Assembly: GCA_963817525.1 (NCBI GenBank) | Contig: CAWFOU010000001.1 | Span: 640,001 to 704,000 of the forward strand | DNA: 64,000 bases | Source: an uncultured archaeon | GTDB taxonomy: Archaea; Thermoproteota; Nitrososphaeria; Nitrososphaerales; Gagatemarchaeaceae | Reading direction: 5' to 3' | In this document: positions 19,352 through 29,882 of the stretch, one piece after another | How positions within the stretch are numbered: the stretch's first letter is position 1 | How the letters are laid out: each line of letters opens with the position of its first letter | Made by a program: the position numbers and the translations under genes | The notes under the pieces: generated by a model | The model's database searches: none | Seen by the model: the letters and a program-made list of their open reading frames with translations, nothing else | Told to the model about the DNA's origin: nothing

Positions 19352-20926
19352 TTGTCCGGGGTTGCGATAGCCCAGCGGTCGACCAGGGCGAGCTTGGTCC
19401 TCTTCGCGGGAAATTTCGTTTCGACAGCCCTTCTCGCGGTCTCGTCTATCGTCATCGCGAGGCTGCTCGGGCCGGGGCCCTACGGCTCATACACCCTCGT
19501 CCTCGTGATGCCCCAGATTTTTCAGCTCTTCCTCGGTCTCGGGGTCGCCTCCGCGATAACCCGCTTCTCGGCATACCATATCGCCCGGGGCGACCCAGAC
19601 GCCGCGAGGAGGTTCTCGGTGAACAGCATGATCTTCCTAATGCTGTTCGGCGCGGCGCTCTCGCTGGTCTGTTTCCTGAGCGCCGGATTCCTCTCTGGTG
19701 TCCTCCTGCACAGGGAAGCGCTTGCTCCGCTCGTCCGATACGTTTCGATCGCAGTCCTGGCGCAGACAGCCCTTCAGGCGTCCGTTTCGGGGCTGGTGGG
19801 GTGGAACTCAATGGGCCTCGCCAGCCTCGCCTCGATAGCCCAAGCTGCCCTCCGGTTGTCGGTGGCACCCATATTGGTCCTTTCAGGATTTGGCGTCTTC
19901 GGGGCGCTCACGGGCTACACGGTGGGATATCTACTCGCCGGCGGGGTCACGTGCATAGCGTTCTACGTCCTCAAACTTCGGGGAGATCTCGGACCGGGTG
20001 GGTCGGGGAGATTCTTATCAGACATCAGGGAGATGGTCTCCTACGGCCTCCCGATCTACGCTGGAGGCGTCCTCACGGGACTCGCGACCTACTACGTGAC
20101 GATACTCGTCGCGGCAATATCGGCCGACGCGGTCGTGGGCTATTACCAGGCTGCGAACAATATTACGTCAGCTTACACTTTGGCACTGGCGGCGATAACG
20201 TTGGCGCTCTTCCCCGCCTTCTCGAGCCTTCACGGGACGGGCGCAGACACGAGACTTGCGTTCCGCCACGCGACAAAGTACGTCGCATACTTGATGGCCC
20301 CCCTGATCGTCTTCATCGCAGGCAGTTCCAAGGTCGTCCTGACCATACTCTATGGGTCGCAGTTCTCCGCGGCCGGCACCTACTTGGTGCTTCTAGCGCT
20401 GTCAGACATTCCGCTGGTCGTCGGGTTTACGGTCGCAGCCTCCTTCTTCAACGGGGTCGGGAAGACGAGGTTGTCCCTGGCGGTCGGCGGGGTGGGAGCC
20501 GGAATCCTGTTCGTTGGCGCCCCCCTCTTGGGCAGCGTCCTCAACCTTGGCGTCGACGGCCTGATCTACGCGCAGCTCATATCCAACGCGTCTGCGGCCG
20601 CCGCCTGCCTCTACTTCGCTTCGCGTTACCTAAAGGCGACGGTGGACCTGAGATCCATCGTAGCGGTCTTCGGGGCATCGGTCATCGGGTACCTCGCGCT
20701 GTTCCTGCTGTCACTCCTGGAACTCCCTAGCGTCATTGCTCTGGCCGCCGATTTTCTTGTTTTCTTCTTCGTCTACCTTACCTTCACCCCGGTACTCGGG
20801 GCTATCGACGCGGCAGACGTGGAGAGGCTCGGAGCGGCCTTCGCTGGTTTGGGGGCCTTCGCGAGACTCTTGCAGCCGATCATGGGATACGAGCTCCTCG
20901 TGCTGAGGCGAATGAAACCTGACTGA
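19352..20926 (+). CDS. Oligosaccharide flippase (Wzx/MOP superfamily)
   Basis: IARLLGPGPYG, VGYYQAA, ALFPAFS; about 14 TMs. Confidence 0.88.
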   Translation: MSGVAIAQRSTRASLVLFAGNFVSTALLAVSSIVIARLLGPGPYGSYTLVLVMPQIFQLFLGLGVASAITRFSAYHIARGDPDAARRFSVNSMIFLMLFGAALSLVCFLSAGFLSGVLLHREALAPLVRYVSIAVLAQTALQASVSGLVGWNSMGLASLASIAQAALRLSVAPILVLSGFGVFGALTGYTVGYLLAGGVTCIAFYVLKLRGDLGPGGSGRFLSDIREMVSYGLPIYAGGVLTGLATYYVTILVAAISADAVVGYYQAANNITSAYTLALAAITLALFPAFSSLHGTGADTRLAFRHATKYVAYLMAPLIVFIAGSSKVVLTILYGSQFSAAGTYLVLLALSDIPLVVGFTVAASFFNGVGKTRLSLAVGGVGAGILFVGAPLLGSVLNLGVDGLIYAQLISNASAAAACLYFASRYLKATVDLRSIVAVFGASVIGYLALFLLSLLELPSVIALAADFLVFFFVYLTFTPVLGAIDAADVERLGAAFAGLGAFARLLQPIMGYELLVLRRMKPD

Positions 20927-20956
20927 TGGGATTCCGCAGCGCGTCAGCAGGGGTCC

Positions 20957-21586
20957 TTGACGCCACGGTTCTTGCGGGAGGCCGCGAGAGAGGGTGGGAA
21001 GCTCCTGCTGGTGATGGCGGGTTTGAGCTTCCTGTTCATCCTGCTGGCGCTCGTGATTTCGCCCACATCTACGAACGCGGCCCCCGCTCCGGCGCTGCCA
21101 AGTTCGCAGCCTCTTCCGTTGCCCAGCTTCTTCTATGCCGGCAACCAGATCCTCATCCACATAATCACCGGGTTCGCCGCCGGGGCCCTTTCACTCGACC
21201 CGGCGGTCGCGCTCGTGGGCGCCGCCGTCGGTCCGCTGATAGACCTCGACCATCTCGGGTTCTATGCCGGTCTCCCGATCGACGCGAGGGTCGGCCACAG
21301 CTTCCTCATGGTGGCTTCGATCGTCTTGCTCGACTGGCGCCTGCACTTTTGGGGCAGGGGGACTCGCAACCTGTTCTTGTTCATCTCGCTGGAGTTCAGC
21401 GTCCACCTGGCGGTCGCCCCTCCGGGCTTCCCTCTCTTCGCGCCGCTGAGCGCCGCGGTGGTCTATTTCCCTAGCGTCGTCCCCGCGGCGCTCGCCGCCG
21501 TCCTGGCCGTGGCATTCTTCCTAGACTCGACGGGCCGTGCCGGCGCGCTTCGACTGCGAAGAAGCGTGCACCCTGCGACCGGATGA
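20957..21586 (+). CDS. Membrane protein, YdjM-like metal-dependent hydrolase
   Basis: IDLDH...RVGHS...SVHL motifs between TMs. Confidence 0.5.
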   Translation: MTPRFLREAAREGGKLLLVMAGLSFLFILLALVISPTSTNAAPAPALPSSQPLPLPSFFYAGNQILIHIITGFAAGALSLDPAVALVGAAVGPLIDLDHLGFYAGLPIDARVGHSFLMVASIVLLDWRLHFWGRGTRNLFLFISLEFSVHLAVAPPGFPLFAPLSAAVVYFPSVVPAALAAVLAVAFFLDSTGRAGALRLRRSVHPATG

Positions 21587-21615
21587 CCGGATTACCAGGC
21601 AATGTTGCATATGCG

Positions 21616-21623
21616 TTTATATA
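21616..21623 (+). promoter_or_regulatory. TATA box of vapBC, followed by TCTACA direct repeats
   Basis: TTTATATA about 25 nt before ATG 21646; TCTACA-CG-TCTACA immediately downstream. Confidence 0.5.
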
Positions 21624-21645
21624 TCTACACGTCTACAATTCCCAC

Positions 21646-21891
21646 ATGAGCACGACCATCCGGATCTCCCGGGAGGACAAGGAGAGGCTCGAGAGGCTTG
21701 CCAAGAGGATGAAGGCCAAGACCTTCGCGGAGGCCCTCCGAAAGGCCCTCGAGAGCGCCGAGGAAGCCGACGAGCGCTTCTCGGGCAATCTGGAGGCACT
21801 GTCCAAGACGCTCCGCAGCGCGCGGGCGGTCGGCGGCGACGTGTCATCGAGGGTCGACGAAGAGCTCGCAAAGGCGGTTGGGGACGGATAG
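21646..21891 (+). CDS. vapB: Antitoxin (VapB/RHH-like)
   Basis: MSTTIRISREDKERLERL; small gene directly upstream of a PIN gene. Confidence 0.75.
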   Translation: MSTTIRISREDKERLERLAKRMKAKTFAEALRKALESAEEADERFSGNLEALSKTLRSARAVGGDVSSRVDEELAKAVGDG

Positions 21892-21897
21892 CGGAGC

Positions 21898-22362
21898 TTG
21901 GCGATCCTCCTGGACACGGGCGTCTTCTACGGGCTCTATGACCGAAAGGATGCGAACCACGACAACTCGGTGGCGCTCGTGGCACACGCGCTCGCCGGAC
22001 GATGGGGCAGGGTCTTCCTCTCCAACTACGTGACGCTGGAGACGACGCTCCTCCTTCGCTCCAAGATGGGACCCGCTCTCCCGAGGACGTTCCTCGAGTT
22101 CGTCGAGGAGAGCGGAATCGTAGAGGCGCTCGTCGACGAAGAGACGAACAGGCAGGCGAAGGAGATATTCAACGCGGATGCGGCCCTCAGTCTAACTGAC
22201 TCCGCGTCGGTGGCTTTCCTCCGCTCCCTGAGGATTCGCTGGCTCGGCACCTATGACGAGAGGAGCTTCAGGAGATATTCCCGGGACATCGTCGGACCCT
22301 CTTACTGGGAGACGCTAGGCGAGGAAGAGAGAGAGCGCCTGAGCAAGTCTGGGATAAAATGA
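21898..22362 (+). CDS. vapC: PIN-domain toxin
   Basis: ILLDTG, E, LSLTDSAS, TYDE acidic PIN residues. Confidence 0.85.
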   Translation: MAILLDTGVFYGLYDRKDANHDNSVALVAHALAGRWGRVFLSNYVTLETTLLLRSKMGPALPRTFLEFVEESGIVEALVDEETNRQAKEIFNADAALSLTDSASVAFLRSLRIRWLGTYDERSFRRYSRDIVGPSYWETLGEEERERLSKSGIK

Positions 22363-22443
22363 CGGCGGTGAGCCGACAGCTCATGGAGCTACCTAGCTGG
22401 ACGGTGTCGAGAACCATATCCGGCTAACGCAGCGGCTGGCCGC

Positions 22444-22887
22444 TCATCGCCACGCCGCCCGCATCTTCTCGAGGCGGTCGCTAACCCCGGCGTCTTGGAG
22501 TCCGACTATCTCCGCGGCGAGGATCCCGGCGTTCCTGGCGTTGTCGATCCCTACGCAGCCCACCGGGACGCCTGGCGGCATCTGGACTATCGATAGCAGC
22601 GAGTCGAGGCCGTTCAGCTTCGCGTTCACCGGGACGCCGATGACTGGCCTCACCGTGACGGAGGCTATGACCCCGGGCAGGTGCGCCGCGAGTCCGGCCA
22701 CCGCGATGTAGACGTCCGCCTTCGATCCGGCAAGGTACTTTCGCAGGCCTTCGGGGTTCCTGTGGGCGGAGAGGAACTGGACCTCGTGGGAGACCCCCAG
22801 CTCCGTGAGGACCTTCACGGCCTCCTCCACTATCGGCTGGTCACTCTTGCTGCCAGCTATTATCGCGACCTTCACGTTGTCTGCCAT
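22444..22887 (-). CDS. purE: N5-CAIR mutase / AIR carboxylase
   Basis: [31 protein letters not shown]. Confidence 0.95.
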   Translation of the reverse strand: MADNVKVAIIAGSKSDQPIVEEAVKVLTELGVSHEVQFLSAHRNPEGLRKYLAGSKADVYIAVAGLAAHLPGVIASVTVRPVIGVPVNAKLNGLDSLLSIVQMPPGVPVGCVGIDNARNAGILAAEIVGLQDAGVSDRLEKMRAAWR

Positions 22888-22913
22888 TCTCTCGCAGCCT
22901 GCTCCGTCTTCCT

Positions 22914-23522
22914 CTATTTTTGAATGCTGCGCTGCGCGGCCCCGAGGGCCGGCCTGACAACCCTTCGCTCGGTCACTATGACGTCGAGCGGGATGTCGTG
23001 CCTCGACTCGGGGATGTGCGCGAGGCGCTGCGACTCTAGCGCGAGCCCCACCTTTGTCGCCCGGCCTGCCCCGACGAGCGCGCGGTCAAAGTACCCTGCG
23101 CCATAGCCTAGGCGGTGGCCCTTCTCGTCCCAGGCAACCAGGGGGACGAGGACGACGTCGGCGTCCTCGATGGAGACCTGCGTGGTCTTTCCAGGCTTGG
23201 GCTCGAGTATCCCGAAGGCCCCCGGCGCGAGGTCGTCCTGGAACGACGTGATTTCGTGGAAGCTCAGGGTCTTCGAGTGGACGTCGGTGGCTATCACGGC
23301 GAACCTCTTCCCCTCCGCGAGCGCCCTCTCTATGATGTGCCTGGTCTGTACCTCGTCGTCCTTCGCGCAGTACGAGATCACGAGCTTCGCGTCCTTGTAC
23401 TCCTTCAGGGAGAGGAGGTTCTCCTCGACGTGTTTGCTCAGCGCGTCGAGCTTACCTCTCGCGATCGACCGCCTCCTCCGCAGGGCGGCGTCCCTGAGCT
23501 CCTGCTTCCTTTCGCGCAGCAA
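22914..23522 (-). CDS. 5-formyltetrahydrofolate cyclo-ligase
   Basis: [37 protein letters not shown]. Confidence 0.93.
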   Translation of the reverse strand: MLRERKQELRDAALRRRRSIARGKLDALSKHVEENLLSLKEYKDAKLVISYCAKDDEVQTRHIIERALAEGKRFAVIATDVHSKTLSFHEITSFQDDLAPGAFGILEPKPGKTTQVSIEDADVVLVPLVAWDEKGHRLGYGAGYFDRALVGAGRATKVGLALESQRLAHIPESRHDIPLDVIVTERRVVRPALGAAQRSIQK

Positions 23523-24401
23523 TCACTTCAGCACCCCGCTGTCGTTGAGGTCGTTCTGGAGCGCCGCGGCGACGAGGGTGTTCTCCATGAGCATGGCGAC
23601 CGTCATAGGCCCGACGCCTCCCGGCACGGGGGTTATCATCGAGGCCTTCGCCGCGACCTCGTCGAACTCCGCGTCCCCGACGAGCTTCCCGTGGACCCTG
23701 TTCATGGCGACGTCTATCACAACAGCCCGGTCCTTGACCATGTCCCGTGTGAGGGTGAAGCCAGGGCGGCGGCCCACCGCGGTCACGAGCACGTCGGCCT
23801 GCCTTGTCAGGGAGAGAAGGTCGTTGGACTTTGAGTGGCAGACGGTGACGGTGGCGTCTTCGGCCAGTAGGAGGTGCGTGAGCGGCCTCCCCACGAGGGC
23901 GCTCCGGTTGATTATCACGCACCTTGACCCCGCGAGTGGGACCTTGTAGTGGCGCAGGAGCTCCATGATGCCCTTGGGGGTGCAGGGGACGAGGACGCCC
24001 TGGTTGTAGAAGAGCCTCCCCATGTTCAGGGTAGTGAGCCCATCGACGTCCTTCTCGGGCGAGATGAGGTCGATCATGTTCCTGCCGTCGAGGTGCGAGG
24101 GGAGGGGAAGCTCGAGGATTATCCCGTTGACTGACTTGTCCGCGTTGAGCCTGCGTATCAGGAGGGCGAGGTCGTTCGCGGAGGACGGACCTGGCAGGTG
24201 GAACCCTTCGACCTTTATGCCGAGCTCCTGGGCCGCGCGGTGCTTCCCCGCCACGTAGACCTTGGAGGGCGCGTCGTCCCCTACGAGGATGGTCGCGAGC
24301 CTGGGCTGGACGCCGGCGCCCTTCATCATCGCGGTCTCCTGCGCGAGGCGGGACTTTATCTCCGCGGCGAGGGCCTTCCCGTCCATGAGGACAGCGGTCA
24401 T
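23523..24401 (-). CDS. folD: Methylene-THF dehydrogenase/cyclohydrolase
   Basis: MDGKALA, KDVDG, PCTPKG, ITPVPGGVGPMT; ATG at 24401 overlaps the purN stop (ATGA). Confidence 0.95.
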   Translation of the reverse strand: MTAVLMDGKALAAEIKSRLAQETAMMKGAGVQPRLATILVGDDAPSKVYVAGKHRAAQELGIKVEGFHLPGPSSANDLALLIRRLNADKSVNGIILELPLPSHLDGRNMIDLISPEKDVDGLTTLNMGRLFYNQGVLVPCTPKGIMELLRHYKVPLAGSRCVIINRSALVGRPLTHLLLAEDATVTVCHSKSNDLLSLTRQADVLVTAVGRRPGFTLTRDMVKDRAVVIDVAMNRVHGKLVGDAEFDEVAAKASMITPVPGGVGPMTVAMLMENTLVAAALQNDLNDSGVLK

Positions 24402-25036
24402 TTCTTGGATATCACTACCCTTCTTCCCTCGATTTTTAGCCTTCCCTCGACGAAGAGCTTGACCGCCAGGGGGTAGACGAGGTGCTCCTGCCTCAGGATC
24501 CTCCCCGCGAGGCTCTCGGGCGTGTCCCCCTCCTCGACCGTCACCGAGCGCTGGACGATTATGGGGCCGGAGTCCACCTCGGGGACGACGAAGTGCACTG
24601 TGCAGCCGGAGACCTTCACCCCATGCTCGAGCGCCTGCTGCTGCGCCCTCATCCCGGGGAAGGCGGGGAGGAGGGCGGGGTGGATGTTCATGATCCTGCC
24701 TCTGAACGCGTCGACGAAGGAGGGCGAGAGCAGCCTCATGAAGCCCGCTAGGAGGACGAGCCCCGCTTCGGGCGTCACTCCGCTCTCTCGCAGGCTCGCC
24801 AGGAGCTTGGCGTCGTAGTCCGCGCGGCTCGAGGCGCCGGCGGGGTCGACCCACACCGCGCGTACGCCGTGCTTCCTCGCGGTCTCCAAGGCCTTCGCAT
24901 CCTTCCTGTCACTGATCACCACGGCCAGTTGGGCGCCCTTGACCTTCCCGCTCTCGACGGAGCGGATGACGGACAGCATGTTGCTCCCCCTGCCCGAGAC
25001 GAGGATGCCTAGCTTGCAGGTCCGCGCTCTTGGCAA
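24398..25036 (-). CDS. purN: Phosphoribosylglycinamide formyltransferase
   Basis: SGRGSN, LAGFMRLL, NIHPALLP, GCTVHFV, DSGPII. Confidence 0.95.
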   Translation of the reverse strand: MPRARTCKLGILVSGRGSNMLSVIRSVESGKVKGAQLAVVISDRKDAKALETARKHGVRAVWVDPAGASSRADYDAKLLASLRESGVTPEAGLVLLAGFMRLLSPSFVDAFRGRIMNIHPALLPAFPGMRAQQQALEHGVKVSGCTVHFVVPEVDSGPIIVQRSVTVEEGDTPESLAGRILRQEHLVYPLAVKLFVEGRLKIEGRRVVISKK

Positions 25037-25044
25037 GGGCTCCC

Positions 25045-26475
25045 TCAGGCCTTCGTCTCTTTCTTAGCCTTGACGGTCTCCAGCTTGGAGTAGTCCCCGT
25101 TTATGCACGCGAAGCAGAGGCTGTTCTTGGGGAGGCCTATCGCCTCGGAGAGCCCGTCGATATCGTTGTAGTGGAGCTCTTCAATCCCGAGGGACGCGGC
25201 CACCTTGCGGCCTATCGCCTCGATGTTCGTTTCGTCGCGAGCCACCCTGTATGCGAGGAGCTCCTCCCTGCTCGGAAAGTCAACCCCCATGTAGCACGGG
25301 TGCATGATGGGGGGGAAGGTGATCGCCATCTTGATGCTCTTCGCGCCCGCCTCGCGGAGGGCGTCGACGATTATCTCGGAGCTCGTCCCCCGGACGACGC
25401 TGTCGTCTACCACGATCACGTCCTTCCCGTGGATGGTCTCCTTGATCGGTATTATCCTCTTCACGACCTCCTCCCTGCCGCCCTGCCTCGGCTCGATGAA
25501 GCTCCTCATGCTCCCCTTTCGCCGATACCTGTCCTTCATGAGCCCCTCGTCCATCGGGATGCCGCTCTCGGTGGCGTAGCCCAAGGCGGCCGGGCGGGCC
25601 GAGTCCGGGACGGGTATGACCACCTTGCCCTTCATCCGGCTGCGGCGGGCGAGTATCTTGCCCACGTTCTTCCTCGCCTCGTAGACGTTTACGCCGTCTA
25701 TGACCGACGCCGGATGGGCGAAGTAGGTGTACTCGAAGGAGCAGTGGGCGGACTCGACCTTCGGCGCATACCTGTAGGACTCGAACCCCCTCCTTGGCCC
25801 GCCCAGGCGAATGATCTCCCCCGGCTCGACGTCCCTGACGAACTCCGCGTCCACCGCGGTCAGGGCGCAGCTCTCCGAGGCCACTATGTGGGTCGCCGAC
25901 TTTTTGTGGAACCCGATGCACAGGGGCCTGTAGCCCCGGGGGTCTCTCACGGCGAAGACCTCGCCCTGCTTGTTTAGTATCGTGAACGAGTAGGCGCCCC
26001 TCACCTCCTTGGAGAGGCGCTCGAAAGCGTAGAACCAGTCGTTCTCCTCCTTCAGGATCTGGAGGAGCCTTTGCCCGACAACCTTGGTGTCGGTGGAGCA
26101 GTCCGCGCTCGCGCGCGACGCGAGGACCGTCTTCTTCACGTCATCTGTGTTGAAGATGGTCCCGTTGTGCGCGATGCTGAACTCGCTCCCCACCTGGATG
26201 GGCTGCGCGTTGCCGAGGTTGGAGCGGCCCTTTGTAGAGTAACGGATGTGCCCGATGCCGGACGCGCCCTTGTACGCGGTGAGGTCCTGAGCGAAGTTGA
26301 TCCAGTTGAACGCGAGGCCCATCCGCTTGAAGACGGGCTTTCCCTGGACGGCTATCCCCCAAGACTCCTGCCCCCTGTGCTGGAGGGCCTCAAGGCCCTT
26401 CAGGATCTTGGGGACGACGTCGGTGCCCTTCTTGGAGTGGGCGCCGAACACCCCGCACGCTTCCTTCGCGCCCAT
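25045..26475 (-). CDS. purF: Amidophosphoribosyltransferase
   Basis: EACGVFG, LQHRGQE, AHNG, VDDSVVRGTS. Confidence 0.96.
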   Translation of the reverse strand: MGAKEACGVFGAHSKKGTDVVPKILKGLEALQHRGQESWGIAVQGKPVFKRMGLAFNWINFAQDLTAYKGASGIGHIRYSTKGRSNLGNAQPIQVGSEFSIAHNGTIFNTDDVKKTVLASRASADCSTDTKVVGQRLLQILKEENDWFYAFERLSKEVRGAYSFTILNKQGEVFAVRDPRGYRPLCIGFHKKSATHIVASESCALTAVDAEFVRDVEPGEIIRLGGPRRGFESYRYAPKVESAHCSFEYTYFAHPASVIDGVNVYEARKNVGKILARRSRMKGKVVIPVPDSARPAALGYATESGIPMDEGLMKDRYRRKGSMRSFIEPRQGGREEVVKRIIPIKETIHGKDVIVVDDSVVRGTSSEIIVDALREAGAKSIKMAITFPPIMHPCYMGVDFPSREELLAYRVARDETNIEAIGRKVAASLGIEELHYNDIDGLSEAIGLPKNSLCFACINGDYSKLETVKAKKETKA

Positions 26476-28683
26476 CTAATCCATCAGCTCCGGTATCGCG
26501 CGCTCCCACTTGGACCTTAGCGCAGAGACTGCGACCTCTCCCAGCGGCGAGCGCCCCGCCGTGAATGAGAGGGAGGCCCCGCCTACGCGCCCCACGACGC
26601 CGTTGGGCACTCGCGCATCCTTCAGGAACGAGGATATCTTCGGGCCGTCGGCGCCCGCCACGACGAACCTCCCGTGAGACTCTGAGAAGGCGGTCTCCAC
26701 GCTCCCGCCGCAGGTGTTCGGGGCGGTCGAGACGTCGACCTTCGCGCCTAGACCCCCGGAGATGGCCATCTCCGCCAGCGCGACCCCGAGCCCTCCGCTC
26801 GAGCAGTCGTGGACGGCGCTCACGAGGCCCCTCTCGATGAGGCCTAGGACTGCCCGGCAAGTCCTGAGGTCCTCTTGCGGGCTGGCGCGGGGGGAGGCCT
26901 GGATGCCCAGCGCGCTGTTAGGGAACCTCGAGGAGAGCTCCGAGCCCGCGAGCTCGGGCCTCGTCTCGCCGACGACAACGATGGAGTCCCCGGCGAGCTT
27001 GAACGACATCGTCCTTAGGCCAGCCTCCTTCTCCACGAGGCCGACCACCAGGGCTATCGGGCTGGGCTTTATCGCGCGTCCGGTAGCCGAGTCCTCGTTG
27101 TAGAAGCTCACCTTCCCGCCCACCACGGGGAGGCCGAACGCCTTGCAATAGTCTGCCATGCCCCTGAGGTTCTCTCGGAAGGCCCAGTAGACCTCGGGGT
27201 CGGAGGGGTCTCCCGACTGGAGGTGGTCCACGAGCGCTATGGGCTCCGCGCCCACGGCTACGACGTTCCTGCAGGCTTCCGCGACGCAGCCAGCCGCGCC
27301 CTCGTAGGGGTCGAGCGACGCCTGCCTGCTGTTCCCGTCTCCCTTTATCGCCAGGAACCTGCCGTTGGGCAGCCTCATCACCGCCGCGTCGGCCTGGCCC
27401 GGCCTCACCACTGTCCTAAGGCCCACCTCGTGGTCGAACTGTTGGTAGACCCACCTCTTGCTCGCGATGTTGGGCGAGGAGAGCAGCGAGAGGAGCGCCT
27501 CCTTGAGGCCGGGTTCGGCGCCTCCGGGGACCGGATGCGGAGAGCGGCGGCCCTCTGGCTTCTTGAACGGCCAGTCGATCAGCGGCGCCTCGGTCACGAG
27601 GGAGGCGGGAAGGTCGGCGACTACCTTTCCGTCCCACCTGAGCACCAGCCTTGGAGACGACGTGACCTTGCCAATGACCGCGTACGGGACGCCGTACTTC
27701 TCTAGCACCGAGATGACGTCGTCACCTCGGCCGGATGGGAGCACCAGGAGCATCCTCTCCTGCGACTCTGAGGTCATGACCTCCGTGGGCGTCATGTCGT
27801 CCTCGCGCAGCTTCACCCTCCTCAGCTCGACGTCGACGCCGGTCCCGCCCTTGGAGGCGACCTCGGAGAGCGCGGTCGAGAGCCCGCCTCCGCCCAGGTC
27901 CTTCATCCCGTGGATCTCGCCGTGGTTGGAGACTATCTCCAGGAGTGAGTCGAGGAGGAGCTTCTTCATGAATGGGTCGGGGACTTGGACGGAGGACCGG
28001 TCGCTCGCCGCGTCCTCCTTCAGGTTCTTCGAGGCGAAGGTGGCCCCCTTTATCCCGTCCCTGCCCGTGCTCCCTCCGATCAGAACCAGGGCGTCTCCAG
28101 GCGCCTTTGCCTCGCCGAGTATCAGGTCGCCCTTCTTGCCGAGCCCCACGCAGGCTACGTCCACCAGGCAGTTCCTCTCGAACGAGTCGTCGAACTCTAT
28201 CTCGCCGGCGACCGTGGGCACCCCGATGCAGTTCCCATAGTCACCGATGCCCCTGACCACGTTCTTCAGGAGCCAACGGGAGTGGCCGCTCTTGTCTATC
28301 AGGCCGAACCTGAGGATGTCCACCAGCGCGATGGGCCTGCTGGCCACCGACAGTATGTCCCTCACCACCCCGCCTATCCCGGTCGAGGCTCCGCCGTAAG
28401 GGTCGACCGCGGAGGGGTGGTTGTGGCTCTCGATGTGGAGGGTCACGACGTACCCGTCGCCCACGTCCACGACCCCGGCGTCGTATCCCGGGCCGAGGAT
28501 GACCCGCTTCCCGGTGGTGGGGAAGAGCTTGAGGAGGCCCCGCGAGGACTTGTAGCTGCTGTGCTCTGACCATTCCGCGTCGATTATCGACCACTCGGTC
28601 TCGTTGGGCTCGCGTCCCAGCGACTTCCTGACCGTGGCCATCTCCTGGGGGGTCAGGCCGAGCCCCAGCTGCTCCGCCCTCAA
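26476..28683 (-). CDS. purL: FGAM synthase large subunit
   Basis: WSEHSSYKSS, ESHNHPS, DLGGGGL, SESQERM. Confidence 0.96.
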   Translation of the reverse strand: MRAEQLGLGLTPQEMATVRKSLGREPNETEWSIIDAEWSEHSSYKSSRGLLKLFPTTGKRVILGPGYDAGVVDVGDGYVVTLHIESHNHPSAVDPYGGASTGIGGVVRDILSVASRPIALVDILRFGLIDKSGHSRWLLKNVVRGIGDYGNCIGVPTVAGEIEFDDSFERNCLVDVACVGLGKKGDLILGEAKAPGDALVLIGGSTGRDGIKGATFASKNLKEDAASDRSSVQVPDPFMKKLLLDSLLEIVSNHGEIHGMKDLGGGGLSTALSEVASKGGTGVDVELRRVKLREDDMTPTEVMTSESQERMLLVLPSGRGDDVISVLEKYGVPYAVIGKVTSSPRLVLRWDGKVVADLPASLVTEAPLIDWPFKKPEGRRSPHPVPGGAEPGLKEALLSLLSSPNIASKRWVYQQFDHEVGLRTVVRPGQADAAVMRLPNGRFLAIKGDGNSRQASLDPYEGAAGCVAEACRNVVAVGAEPIALVDHLQSGDPSDPEVYWAFRENLRGMADYCKAFGLPVVGGKVSFYNEDSATGRAIKPSPIALVVGLVEKEAGLRTMSFKLAGDSIVVVGETRPELAGSELSSRFPNSALGIQASPRASPQEDLRTCRAVLGLIERGLVSAVHDCSSGGLGVALAEMAISGGLGAKVDVSTAPNTCGGSVETAFSESHGRFVVAGADGPKISSFLKDARVPNGVVGRVGGASLSFTAGRSPLGEVAVSALRSKWERAIPELMD

Positions 28684-29399
28684 GTTCGGCTCCTCCCTCC
28701 AGACCTTACCAGGAGAGACGAGAGCACGAGCGATCCGTCGGCACGGCCGAGGGGGCTGAGGAGCGCCTCTGCCGCCCGCTCCGGATGTGGCATTAGCCCG
28801 ACCACGTTACCCTCCCTACTGCACACGCCCGCGATGTTGTGGAGCGTCCCGGTCGGGTTGCTCTCGGCCGTCACCCTGCCCGAGTCGTCGCAATACCTGA
28901 ACGCAACCAGCCCGTCCTTCTCGAGCCGCGCGAGCTCTGCTGCGGGCAGGAAGAACCTCCCCTCCCCGTGTGCGATGGGCATGCTCAGGACCTGCCCCTT
29001 CTTCATGCCCGAGGTGAACGGCGTCCGCGTGTTCTCGACGCTGACGTGCTCCCACTCGCACACGAACTTCAGCGTGGAGTTGCGGAGCAAGGCCCCCGGG
29101 AGGAGGCCGCTCTCGACGAGGATCTGGAAGCCGTTGCAGACCCCTAGGATCGGGACGCCGCGCTCCGCCATCCGCTTCACCCTGGCCATGGCCGGAGAGT
29201 TGGCCGCTATGACGCCCGCCCTGAGGCGGTCGGCGAACGAGAACCCACCGGGGAGGATCACCGCGCCGTATTCGCGCCTGCCGAGGGCGGCGTCCTCGTG
29301 CCAGACGAGTTCTGGCTCGATGCCATCTATCGTCCTGAGGGCGGCCATCATGTCCAGGTCGCAGTTGCTTCCCGGGAACCGGATGACCGCGACCTTCAT
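28680..29399 (-). CDS. purQ: FGAM synthase glutaminase subunit
   Basis: FPGSNCD, GVCNGFQIL, AHGEG, MPHPER; ATG at 29399. Confidence 0.96.
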   Translation of the reverse strand: MKVAVIRFPGSNCDLDMMAALRTIDGIEPELVWHEDAALGRREYGAVILPGGFSFADRLRAGVIAANSPAMARVKRMAERGVPILGVCNGFQILVESGLLPGALLRNSTLKFVCEWEHVSVENTRTPFTSGMKKGQVLSMPIAHGEGRFFLPAAELARLEKDGLVAFRYCDDSGRVTAESNPTGTLHNIAGVCSREGNVVGLMPHPERAAEALLSPLGRADGSLVLSSLLVRSGGRSRT

Positions 29400-29686
29400 C
29401 GTCCGGGGACTCTCCCGATGGACACTTCGCACGAATGCGCCGCCGGGTTGAAGATCCGGAGCTCGTTGCACATCTTGAGGACCATCCGCTTTGCGGACGC
29501 CGGATCGGGCGCGGCGACCTTCACGCGGAGGTACTTGCCCGCTCGGATCGACTCGACCTGCTCAAAACCTGACTTCGCTACGAGGTCGTGGAGTATGGTC
29601 TCACCCTCGGGCTCCCGCACCCCCGGCTTGTTGGAGATGACCACGCTCACCTCGAACGTCCGACTTTTAGTCGTAAAGAACGCCAA
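29396..29686 (-). CDS. purS: FGAM synthase PurS subunit
   Basis: KPGVREPEGETI...RAGK...NP; upstream of purQ. Confidence 0.88.
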   Translation of the reverse strand: MAFFTTKSRTFEVSVVISNKPGVREPEGETILHDLVAKSGFEQVESIRAGKYLRVKVAAPDPASAKRMVLKMCNELRIFNPAAHSCEVSIGRVPGR

Positions 29687-29882
29687 TTTTTCGCGTCTAT
29701 TTAAATCGGATTTGTTATGTTCGTGTTAATCGAGCGGCGCCTTTGACGCGTCGAAAGAATTTCCTGACCGTCGAATGCCTGGTTCGGGCCGAACTAGGAA
29801 GACGTAACGACTGACCTCATAGCTTGCAAGGCCAAGGTTCCTGCGCTCCTTCGCAACCCGGATCGGCATGGTCTTGTCAGGA

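Noticed and set aside
23523-24854. 443-aa FolD with a long N-terminal extension
   Set aside because: The extension overlaps purN in another frame; the ATG at 24401 coupled to the purN stop is the likely start.
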